Positions 53,301 through 64,000 of a stretch of DNA of 64,000 nucleotides are shown piece by piece (position 1 is the stretch's first letter; the number at the start of each line of letters is the position of its first letter). The stretch is from the NCBI GenBank assembly GCA_951406725.2, contig OX597837.1, positions 44,206,001-44,270,000 of the forward strand, read 5' to 3'. Position numbers and translations under genes: made by a program. The stretch is from Octopus vulgaris. Lineage: Eukaryota. Under the pieces are notes generated by a model. The model had not been told where the DNA came from. It searched no databases and saw only the letters and a program-made list of their open reading frames with translations.

Positions 53301-55404
53301 CGTTTTTTTTTTTTAATTAAAAAAAATTTATTGGAGTGGTGTTGAATTAAAATCCATCGCTAGCAGCCTTTTAGATGTGTTTCTCGTGTGGTAGTGGTGG
53401 AGTCTGTGCTGACTGTAGAAGGGGACTGTCGAATTAAGGTGGTTTTAAATAGCAGGATGAGATTGGGAGGAAAAATACAAAAAATAAATCTGAAGTGCCT
53501 TTCAATTAATTGTAAGGCTAGGAGAAAGGGGACGCAAATATGTAGGGTTGCCCTAGGGGTTCTGAATACCCTGGCGCCAGCTCTTTTTGTACTTCGTGAT
53601 ATTTGAGCAAAAATGTGCTGAAGTCCAGTCTTTTCATCTTTAAATATACTCCTCTGTTGGTTTACAGGAAACATGCTGACGTTCGTTAGACTGCATTTTA
53701 AAAGCGATATCCTGAAACCTGCTGTGGTTTCCTTTTTATTACACGCCTTAAAATAAAAATAACCACATGAAACCTTACACCGAATATTATTTAAACAGTT
53801 TAGCCATCAATCAACCCTTTTATTCATACAATAAGACATTTTTCCCTTTCGTTTTGGTGGTGACATGACTGACCTCTTCCGCATTTTTAAGTCCCGTTTT
53901 ATTTTCTTTAGACTATTTACCGGCTTTTATTTGTGCTTGAGAGTTGGGTCAATGAAATTGTTCTTCTAACAGTTGTTTAAGGCCTATTAACAAAGGTAAA
54001 CCAGTCGGCCTTCTCTATCTTTTCGTGATGTGCTTCCTATATATTTTCAATACGGTTAGGCGTGATTTAAACCGTTCGATGCCAACACGCCGGAGACCAC
54101 CCCTGGTTGTATAATCAACTTCCAGTTTTAAATTGAATTACATTAAAACTTTCCACTAAAATTTCATGTCAGTTAGGTTCCAAACATCTTAAAATCGAAT
54201 CCTTTTACTGAATTCATTACCTTCAAAACTGATTGGAGCAAAGGCAGTGTACCTTTACATATATAGTAACAAAAGGATCAAAGATTTGGCTGTTGTTTCT
54301 AGCAGTTGGAGAGATCAACTAGATTCGCAGGTTCTAACACGATATATTGTGTTGGGCCTTCGTATATTTGTTTTATGAAGACAGAAAAATGAACCTTATA
54401 TCGCCTTCCTTGGCAACGAAGAAGTGTCTGACGGTCGCTCAGCATGCTAGAGTTAGCAGCCAAATCTCTCCTAAACTACAATCATAAAAAGGGGCATATT
54501 GCACAATGCCTACCGTTCCAGATACATGAAGGTTTTTTCTTATAGGACTGAAATAGTAACAGCTGGAATACTTTTAAGTATATATCAGCTCTATCAGAGC
54601 TAGTTTTGGCCCAAGTTCGTTTTTTTTTTTTTTTTTTAAGAATTAGGGTAGTTATTACCGCTCGGCCCCTTATAAAGTTAGGCAAGCTGATACAAGCAAT
54701 GAGTGCATCTGTGCTTAAAACTGTTACATAAGCCACATACATCTCTCTTTCTCTCCTCCCCCACCACGCACATGTTTGTGTGGATGTGTGTATACATTAT
54801 TTTCGAAAGAATTTTTTATTTTTAATCTTGTCATTGAAGACTTCTAATTAAAAAAATTAAAACAAAATACCGGTTACTATCTAATTACCGATACATTTAA
54901 GCTAAAAGTTCTGGGCCGGATACCTCCTAGCTACGTGTCGGGTACGTTCGGAGTGAGTAGTGTAATGTTCGCCGATGTACACGTGTAGTTAAAGCTGACT
55001 GCTTCAATAATTGTATATATGGATGTAGCTGGTCCTACCATTCTTCACGTTTGTTCAAGCGACAGTTTTCAAAGATCGTTGGTTTACTCCGAGTAACTGC
55101 GGTTGTTGGATAGTATTAATCGCATAATACCCTCGATGTATTCAATACTTTTTTTTCTCCCTTTTATTGGGGGGCAGTGTGCTATATATATATATATATA
55201 TATAGATAAAAGTTCCGCATTGGATACCTCTGGTTCTGTGTGTCCCCGGTCATAGTGACCAATATTTTCGCATCCATAAATCGCTTGGTCTCTCTTTGCA
55301 TTTATATTTAACTTGTACATTACTGCTCTTTTTAGGGGTGTGCTTATTTTTCGGATACATGGTCCACTGACTATATATATATATACACACATAACCACAC
55401 ACAT

Positions 55405-55536
55405 AGTTGTGTGGTAAGATGCTTGCTTCCCAACCACATGGTTCCGGGTTCGTTCCCACTGCGTGGCACCTTGGGCAAGTGTCTTCCATAGCTTTGTGAG
55501 TGGATTATGGTTGGCGGATAATGAAAGAAGCCCGTC

Positions 55537-55567
<31 letters not shown>

Positions 55568-55760
55568 ATACACACGACTGGCTTTTTTCATTTGTGTGTA
55601 TTATATGTCTGTCCACCACCATCGCTTGATAACCGATGCTGGTGTGTTTACGTCCCCGTAAACTAGCGGTTCGGCAAAAGAGACCAATAGAATAAGTACT
55701 AGGCTTACGAAGAATAAGTCCTGGGATCGATTTGTTCCACTAAAGGCGGTGCTCCGGCAT
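55405..55760 (+). mobile_element. SINE family A in IDH2 intron 1 (others at about 57480, 59820, 61033 minus, 62445)
   Basis: Matches the family consensus. Confidence 0.85.
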
Positions 55761-55958
55761 TGAAATATGATATGATATGATATATATATATAATACAAAT
55801 AAGAAAATGGAGAAGCAAATTTGGTTTGTTCATCAACTTACGGATATTCTAATGCTGGATTATATATTTATTTTACAAGTGAGAACATCAAAAGCATACA
55901 AAAATATTATATAAAACGATCCCATAGTGGGTTTCACCCCATGACCCCTATCTTACTT

Positions 55959-56001
<43 letters not shown>

Positions 56002-56688
56002 CATAATTAAATGTGCAGGTGAGACTGTGTTCTCAGTATCGGATTCCTTTCTGCATTGCTATAAGCCAGGTTCTTTTTTTACATATTCCTTTCAACATGT
56101 AAACTGAGTCTGTGGTACTCTGTGATGTTGATTAGAAACTCTTCTTCCCTCCCCCCACTTTTCGTCTGTTTCTGTCTTGATTTTTTTTTTTTCTTTTAAC
56201 CTTCTCACCTGCCTATTTTCATTGTATGTTTAACCAAATGAATTAATCCTTCCGTTAGCAGTGAGGTCATCAAGACTGCTTGATAGCTCGAAATAGCAGC
56301 CTAGTCTTCCTCAACTCCCTTTAGTACAAAAACTAAAATTCCTATGTGATCTTAATACACCGTATCTGGAAAAAAAAACAAAAACAAAATCTGGATGGTC
56401 ACAGTTTAACTATCATCGGAGCTGACCGAGGGCTATTCAACGGATACCTGCTGGCTGCTTTTGTTCACCTATGTCGGCTGTGACATCTCGTTTGTGCTCG
56501 CTGGTGGTGGATGGGAATGGATTTTTACAACAGTTACTCTCTTCTACTTCATCCATCGTATATCCTCTTGCTTCTCGCCTCCATCGCGTGTGTGTATGTA
56601 TATATATATGTATATATATACACACACATACACACATACATACACACACACACACATACACACACACACACATACACATACACACACA

Positions 56689-56728
<40 letters not shown>

Positions 56729-57799
56729 AGTACGCCGGGCGAAGTGTGTAGCCGTATTTCGTCTGCCGTTACGTTCCAAGTTCAAATTCCGCCGAGGTCG
56801 ACTTTGCCTTTCATCCTTTCGGGGTCGATAAATTAAGTACCATTTACGCACTGGGGTCGATGTAATCGACTTAATCCCTTTGTCTGTCCTTGTTTGTCCC
56901 CTCTGTGTTTAGCCCTTTGTGAGTAGTAAAGATATGTATGTATGTATATATATATATGTATGTATATATGATGATGTATATATATGAGACACACCTTTAT
57001 TAAGCTCATCTTCTTACTACTAATCATTGCTTCCAATAACCTTCCGTCAGAAGGGCATTTATAAATATTTTCATCTTGCTTTATTCTATTTTTATCTTTC
57101 CTCCTCTCAAGATTTTCTTCCACATAGCTGAGCTAATATGAATTCCTGTCTACAGATATCTACACAGGCTTACAGTATATTACCTGAAGTTTTTTGTCTA
57201 AGCCAGGTGTGTGTGTGTGTGTGTGCGTGTGTGTAAACAAACAGTTGTGCAAAGTTGCACTTTCTTTTTATTTCTTCCCAGCTGTTGTCTTTCGGTTTTG
57301 ATTTTCTCAGTTAAAATCTGTGAACAACTCTTACAATCAAATGGATGGGTGGACCCATGGCCTCTTTTTCTTTTTCCAGAGCCCCGGAAAGAAGTGATCC
57401 TCAAACGAGAATCCTAACCATGAAGCCTTTTACATCAGTGGACTCTGTTCAATACACTGGGCAATGGATTAAATCTGTTACTTCATTACCACATGGTTCT
57501 GGGTTCAGTCCCACTGTCTGGCACCTTGGACAAGTGTCGCCGACCAAGGCAGTGTAAATATAGTGGGTAGACGGAAACTGAAAGAAGCCCGTCCCCCACC
57601 AGCTGGTGTTGGTGTGTTAACGTGTTCATAACTTAACAGTTTGGCAAAAGAGATCAATAGAATAAATATATTAAAATGTATTGATCAATTCATTTGACTA
57701 AAATTCCTCAAGGTGGTGCCCCAGCATGGCCACAGTCTGAGTGACACGAGATCAGGTATAAATACTGCAAAGCATCTTGTTTCAAGCTCTGCTAATTCT

Positions 57800-58172
57800 T
57801 ATTTCTTTATTGCCCCCAAGGGGCTAAACATAGAGGGGACAGACAAAAGGATTAGGTCGATTGCATCAACCCCGAAAGGATGAAAGCAAAGTTGACCTCG
57901 GCGAAATTTGAACTCTGAACGTAGCGGCAAACAAAATACCTATTTCTTTACTACCCACAAAGGGCTAAACATAGAGGGAACAAACAAGGACAGACAGGCG
58001 GATTAAGTCGATTGTATCGACCCCAGTGCGTAACTGGTACTTAATTTATTGACTCCGAAAGGATGAAAGGCAAAGTCGACCTCGGCGGAATTTGAACTCG
58101 GAACATAACGGCAGTCAAAACATTGCTAAGCATTTCGCCCGGCATGCTAACGTTTCTGTCGGCTCGCTGCCT
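57800..58172 (-). mobile_element. SINE family B, tandem dimer
   Basis: Two abutting copies; the junction uses the shared (GG)TATTT sequence. Confidence 0.8.
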
Positions 58173-58635
58173 TAATTCTGCCAACCTGCCGTTCTTCCTC
58201 TGGTACTTTATGTAATGACCTTGAAAGGGTGAATGCTAAGGTTTTGTCCTGGGGAATTGAGCACAGATCTGTTGAACAAACATCACAATTCTTTTTTGTT
58301 TTGTGCTTTTATGTCTCCCATTTGACCTGTAAAGGAATATTTCATACACACTGGTATTTATATGCATGTTTGTGCACATGCATACCTGTTTATATACACA
58401 CACACGTACATCTACCGTGAGTTGATAAGAACAGATAACAGAAACTAAAGTGGAAGACAGTTATGCAAATATTTACTTAAAAAAACAGGCACTCCCAACC
58501 ACATAGTTCCGGGTTCAGTCCCACCCACTGCATGGCACCTTGAGCAAGTGTCTTTTATAACCTCAGGGCCTTGAGTGGAAACTGAAAGAAGCCTGTCATG
58601 CGTGTGTGTACATGTTATATACGTGGCACTCTGTT

Positions 58636-59120
58636 GGTTACGACGACGAGGGTTCCAGTTGATCTGATCAACGGAACAACCTGCTCGTGAAATTAGTGTG
58701 CAAGTGGCCGAGTACTCCACAGACACGCGTACCCTTAACATAGTTCTCAAGGCATTCCATTGGTTATGATGAGGGTTCCAGTTGATGTGATCAACGGAAC
58801 AACTTGCTCGTGAAATTAGTGTGCAAGTGGCCGAGTACTCCAGACACGCGTACTCTTAACATAGTTCTCAAGGCATTCCATTGGTTATGATGATGAGGGT
58901 TCCAGTTGATCTGATCAACGGAACAACCTGCTCGTGAAATTAGTGTGCAAGTGGCCGAGTACTCCACAGACACGCGTACCCTTAACATAGTTCTCAAGGC
59001 ATTCCATTGGTTATGATGATGAGGGTTCCAGTTGATCCGATCAACGGAACAGCCTGCTCGTGAAATTAGCATGCAAGTGACTGAGTACTCCACAGATACG
59101 TGTACCCTTAATGTAGTTCT
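58636..59120 (+). repeat. Tandem array of 4 units of 121-126 bp
   Basis: Units start GGTTA(C/T)GA at 58636, 58762, 58883 and 59009; each has a GTTCCAGTTGAT.(T/C)GATCAACGGAAC hairpin. Confidence 0.9.
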
Positions 59121-59388
59121 TGGTTGAGATTCACCGTGACAAGGCTGGCTGCTTTTTTTGTATTAAGGTTGTCAAGTACTTCTCGAGACGAATTGATTGA
59201 GGGAAGTACCTTACACCTGGTGATGAGAGGCAAGAGTATGACAGGTAGGAACAGGTGTTTTGCTGCAGAGGTACCGTGTCCTGTCCAGCTGGAAAAGGGG
59301 AGAAGATGGTGAAAGCAGTAAATTTTTATTCAGCTCAAGGGTATAACAACCTGATGGCTTCTGAATGTTTGTGTTTGTTTTATATCTA

Positions 59389-59760
59389 TACTAGCAGTAT
59401 CGCCCGGCGTTGCTCGGGTTTGTAAGGGAAATAACTATATAAGCATTTTTAGAGAGTTATAGCCAAAAAATATGCATTAAAAATGGAAAAAAAATTATGG
59501 TAAATTTCTAAAATCGTAGACATTTTTAGAGAGTTACTTCCCTTATATAATAGCGAAAAAATGCATTAAAAGGGAAAAAAATGATGGCAGTTTTTTTTTT
59601 AAATCGTAGACTCATTGTAGACGCGCGCTAATACCCAGAAGGGCTCGATATGAATCACGACTATAAGATACCTGCTTTTGGTTACACTGCACTGCAAAAT
59701 GTGGGAGTAAGGAATCTAAATTGTAGGAGACACACAACTTCAATTTTATGTATAAAGATT
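59389..59760 (+). mobile_element. Helentron/HINE-like element (same 5' end as the 49370 copy)
   Basis: Near-identical ACTAGCAGTATCGCCCGGCGTTGCTCGGGTTTGTAAGGGAAATAAC start; ends TTTTATGTATAAAGAT. Confidence 0.65.
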
Positions 59761-60095
59761 TCTCTGCTAGCAAGAGTGGGTGAGGGCTTGAGGGAAGAAT
59801 TTACCATTAGATGCACTTTTTGCAGGACTGGCTATGTGGTAAGAGGTTGGCTTGCCACCCATATGGGAAAGGGTTCAGTCCCACTGCATGGCATCTTGGG
59901 CTAATGCCTTCTATAGCCTCTGGTTGATCAAAGCCTTAGTGGATTTGGTAGATGGAAACTGAAAGAAGCCTGTCTTGTGTATCTGTGTTTATAGCCCTGT
60001 AACTTAGCAGTTCAGCAAAAGATACCAACTGAATAAGTACCGGGCATTATTTATTGGTCTTTGTTATATTTATGATATTGATATTCAAGTTAATA

Positions 60096-60508
60096 AAGGC
60101 GGCGATCTGGCAGAAACGTTAGCACGCCGGGCGAAATGCTTAGCGGTATTTTGTCTGCCATTACGTTCTGAGTTCAAATTCCTCCGAAGTTGACTTTGCC
60201 TTTCATCCTTTCGGGGTCGATAAATTAAGTACCAGTTATGCACTGGGGTCGATGTAATTGACTTAATCCCTTTGTCTGTCCTTGTTTGTCCTCTCTGTGT
60301 TTAACCCCTTGAGAGTAGTAATGAAATAAGTATTTCGTCTGCCGCTACGTTCTGGGTTCAAATTCCGCCGAGGTCGACTTTGCCTTTCATCCTTTCAGGG
60401 TTGATAAATTAAGTACCAGTTACGCACTGGGGTCGATGTAATCGACTTAATCCCTTTGTTTTTGTTTGTCCCATCTGTTTAGCCCCTTGTGGGTAATAAA
60501 GAAATAGA
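60096..60508 (+). mobile_element. SINE family B, tandem dimer
   Basis: Full copy followed directly by a second body starting at GTATTTCGTCTGCC. Confidence 0.85.
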
Positions 60509-62917
60509 TATTGATATTCATGTTAAAAGATTTTGATCAATGTTTTAATTTAGCTATGAAGAAATATTACAAACTTAGCAGTTTCTATGGTGTGTGGGTG
60601 TGTGTAGGGGGTGTTGAAGTAGGGGAGAAGTAAGTAGACAGACCTATCTAAGCACTAAGAAACTTGCTAGTCACTTCACTGATAAAATTTATCTCTTTAG
60701 TATTTGACTTTGCATATTATGAGACTCACTTGAGCTTGTCTTGTGCCTAGTTTAAGTACACGGTGGTGGTGGTGGTGATGGGGGAATTTAAGGGTGTGAG
60801 ATTGAAGGATTTCTTCGGGTTAGTTGCCCCTGAAGCAGATATTAAGTGTTAAGAACTACTACTACTACTACTACTGTATAGAGAAATGCACTGCTTGAAC
60901 TTAAGGCACCATGACCCAGGTCAATCTAGAGCTGAAACCTCTGTACTCCCACCCCCTTTTTTCTCTATTTAATCTATTTTCATAAACTGTTTCAATGGAT
61001 ATTTCGGGGAAATACTGTTTGTGTATAATAACTTACTCTTTTACTTGTTTAAGTCATTTGACTGCGGCCATGCTGGAGCACCACCTTTTAGTTGAGCAAA
61101 TCAACCCCAGGGCTTATTCCTTGTAAGCCTGGTACTTATTCTATTGGTCTCTTTTGCTGAAGCACTAGGTTACAGGGATGTAAACACACCAGTATCGGTT
61201 GTCAAACAATGTTGGGGGGGGGGGGCACACACTCACACATACATACATACATACATACATACACACTACATACATACATACATAAATAAATACCCACCCA
61301 TCCATCCATACGTTGGGCGCAATATTTTAAATAGCGGTGCCCCAGCATGGCCACAGCTCATGAGCTGAAACTAGAATCAATCAATCAACCGTACATACAC
61401 ACGATGGGCTTCTTTCAGTTTCCGTCTACCAAATCCACTGACAAGGCTTTGGTCGGCTCAAGGCTACAGTAGAGGACACTTATTGAATTTCTCTTCCTTT
61501 ATAATATCTAAATAGTCGATATTTGGAAAAATGATTCTTTTGCAGTTTATTGAAGTCAAGAGAATGTCTGACTAAGATAATGTGTGGGGTGGGGTGGGAT
61601 TTTGTGTGTAGTGGTGTTGTGCATATGGCATCCGTGGTACCTGGGGCAAGCATCTTCTATTATATCAGGTGGGTTTGACCAGTGGAAACTGAAAGAAGCT
61701 CTGTGTGTGTGTATACCATTGTAAAGGCTAAGTGGTTAGTGTCAGGCTTGTAATCAGACAGGGGTTTCAATTCCTGGTTCAGGCTGTGTTGTTCTTGGGC
61801 AAGGCACTTTATTTCATGTTGCTCCAGTTCATTCATCCGTAGAAATGAGTTGCAATACCTATTTCTTTACTACTCACAAGGGGCTAAACACAGAGAGGAC
61901 AAACAAGGACAGACAAATGGATTAAGTCGATTACATCGACCCCAGTGCGTAACTGGTACTTATTTAATCGACCCCGAAAGGATGAAAGGCAAAGTCAACT
62001 TCGGCGGAATGTGAACTCAGAACGTAACAGCAGACGAAATACAGCTTCGCATTCTGCCCAGCGTGCTAACATTTCTGCCAGCTCACCACAGTGGTGCCAA
62101 GTTGTATCGGACTTTACCTTTCTCTTAGATAACATCAGTGGCATGGTATGCATGGGCGGCTGCTGGTCTTCCATAAACCACCTTGCCTGGGCTTGTACCT
62201 CAGAGGGGAACTTTTTAGGGACAATCCCATGACCGTCTGTGACCTAAGTGGGACTTGACCCTTGTCTAGGCTTCACATGATGGTTGTAAATGAGCATCTA
62301 TCATACCAGCAGTCGTTCATGCTCAGTATTGTGTGAAATTATGGTTGGCAACAGGAAGGGCAGTTGACCCTTTAAAATCTGCCTCAATAAAACTCTATTT
62401 TACCCCTTACAAGCATGTAAAAGTGGATGTTAAAAAAAATATATAGGCATGGCTGTGTGGAAAGGAGCTTACTTTCCAACCACATGGTTCCAGGTTCAGT
62501 CCCACTGCATTGCATCTTGGGCAAGTGTCTTCTATAGCCTCGAGCCAACCAAAGCCATGAGTGGATTTGGTAAGCGGAAACTGAAAAGAAGCCCATTGTG
62601 TGCATGTTTTTGACTGCCACTATCATCAAGGCTTGACAACTGGTGTCGGTGTGTTCTCATCACTGTGACTTAGCAGTTGGGCAAGAGAGGCTGATAAAAT
62701 AAGTGCTAGGCTTAAGTTCTGGGGTCGATTTTGTTTGAAGTCCTTCGTGTGGTGGTGCTCCAGCATGGCCACAGTCAAAAGAATGTCCTTGGGTGGCTTT
62801 TTACGATTCTCTCTCATTCTCTCTTTTTTTTTTTTTTTTTTTTTTTTCGTTACGCCAGACTTCTCCATGTCTGCCTTTTTTTAAATTTTTCTTTTTGTTT
62901 CTTTCGTTTTACTTCAG

Positions 62918-63009
62918 ATGCAAAGAAAAGAATTGAAGTGGCTAACCCCGTGGTGGAGTTGGACGGTGATGAAATGACCAGAATCATTTGGGACAAGATA
63001 AAGGAAAGA
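62918..63009 (+). CDS. IDH2: IDH2 coding exon 2
   Basis: Polypyrimidine tract and TTCAG acceptor ending at 62917; encodes (Y)[30 protein letters not shown], the N-terminal signature of eukaryotic NADP-IDH ([13 protein letters not shown]); GTAAGT donor at 63010. Confidence 0.96.
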
Positions 63010-64000
63010 GTAAGTTGGTCTTTGAGAAAGCATCTCACTCAGCTTGTGTTTCTTACCAAATTAATTATTGTTTTTATCAGAAATCATCGTCATTGTTGCT
63101 TTAACCCTTTCGTATTCAAACTAACCGCATCAGACCCAAATATTCTACCCATTTTATGTTCAGACTGGACAGATCAGGCCTCTCACACCTACCCTACAAT
63201 GTCAAGCATGGCTGTGTAGTAAGAAGTTTGCTTCCCAACCACATAGTTTCAAGCTCAGTTCCATTGCAGGGCACCTTGAGCAAGTGTCATCTACTATAAG
63301 CCTAGTGGAGGCACATGGCCTAGTGGTTAGAGCAGCGGACTCGTGGGTTCGAATCTCAGACCGGGCGATGTGTGTGTGTTTATGAGCGAAACACCTAAAC
63401 TCCACGCAGCTCCAGCAGAAGGTAATGGTGAAACTTCTGCTGACTCTTTCGCCACAACTTTCTCTCACTCTTTCCTCCCGCGTCTTGCAGCTCACCTGCG
63501 ATGGACCAGCGCCCCGTCCAGGTGGGGAACCTATACGCCAAGGAAACCGGCCCTAATGAGCCAGGCATGGCTCGAGAAGAAACAAACAACAAACTGTAAG
63601 CCTCTAGTTGACAAGCCTTGTGAGTGGAAACTGAAAGAAGCCTAATATCTGTGTTGTTGTCTCTGTCTTGACATTGCATGATGGTTGTAAACAAGCATCA
63701 ATGGTCATACTAGATGTGCACATCGTTTCCAGTCTTTTGTGAAGATATGTCATGCAGTGGTGGGGGGGGGGTCGATATTACCATTACTTGGAAATGGGTG
63801 AGGGTTGGCACATCTGGAAAGGTATCTAGCCAAGAAAAATGTATCTCAACAAATTCCATCTCTATGACAACAGGCTTCTAACAGTTTCCATCTGCCAAAT
63901 CTACTAACAGTTTTCGTCATCATGAAGCTACAGCTGAAGGCTCTTGCTCCAAATGCCATACAGTGGGATTGAACCTGTGACAACCTGGTTGGGAAGTGAA

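Larger units (their letters stand above)
47549..62917 (+). other. IDH2 intron 1 (about 15.4 kb, GT-AG, repeat-filled)
   Basis: Bounded by GTGAGT and a pyrimidine-rich CAG; joining the flanking exons preserves the reading frame. Confidence 0.85.

Noticed and set aside
58636-59120. CRISPR-like or hammerhead reading of the tandem array (TGATGA...GAAA)
   Set aside because: There are no unique spacers and the context is eukaryotic; TGATGA derives from CpG decay of CGACGA and lacks the core C, stem III and NUH site.
62731-63219. 162-aa ORF as a complete protein
   Set aside because: Only 62918-63009 is IDH2 exon; the rest is read-through of intron and SINE sequence.

Overview
Eukaryotic, repeat-saturated DNA. 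The tRNA-derived SINE families, very dense (TA/CA/GA/AGAT/GTA)n microsatellites and long intron look like an octopus (coleoid cephalopod) genome; this is inferred from repeat character, not from a search. Almost all entries in the ORF track are spurious, produced by SINEs and microsatellites. The only confidently recognisable gene is mitochondrial NADP-isocitrate dehydrogenase (IDH2): coding exon 1 at 47437-47548, exon 2 at 62918-63009, separated by a 15.4 kb intron, with the gene continuing beyond the window. A possible divergent gene starts about 0.9 kb upstream on the minus strand. Mobile DNA includes at least four SINE families, RTE-like LINE remnants, an internally deleted mariner, MULE-like and other MITEs, and Helentron/HINE-like elements. 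The most notable signal is a set of type I hammerhead ribozyme motifs in short inserts next to (TA)n microsatellites. Two have intact cores: 6957-7003 (+), embedded in a long G-U-rich rod, and 39416-39503 (-), with a palindromic stem III. There is also an inverted pair with complementary lesions (16.2/16.8 kb) and further decayed relics. These resemble Penelope-like pLTR or non-LTR retrozyme elements. Two weaker Pol III small-RNA candidates are also noted: Y-RNA-like at about 35.9 kb and tRNA-Lys/vault-like at about 46.1 kb. Repeat boundaries are approximate and only representative copies are listed.
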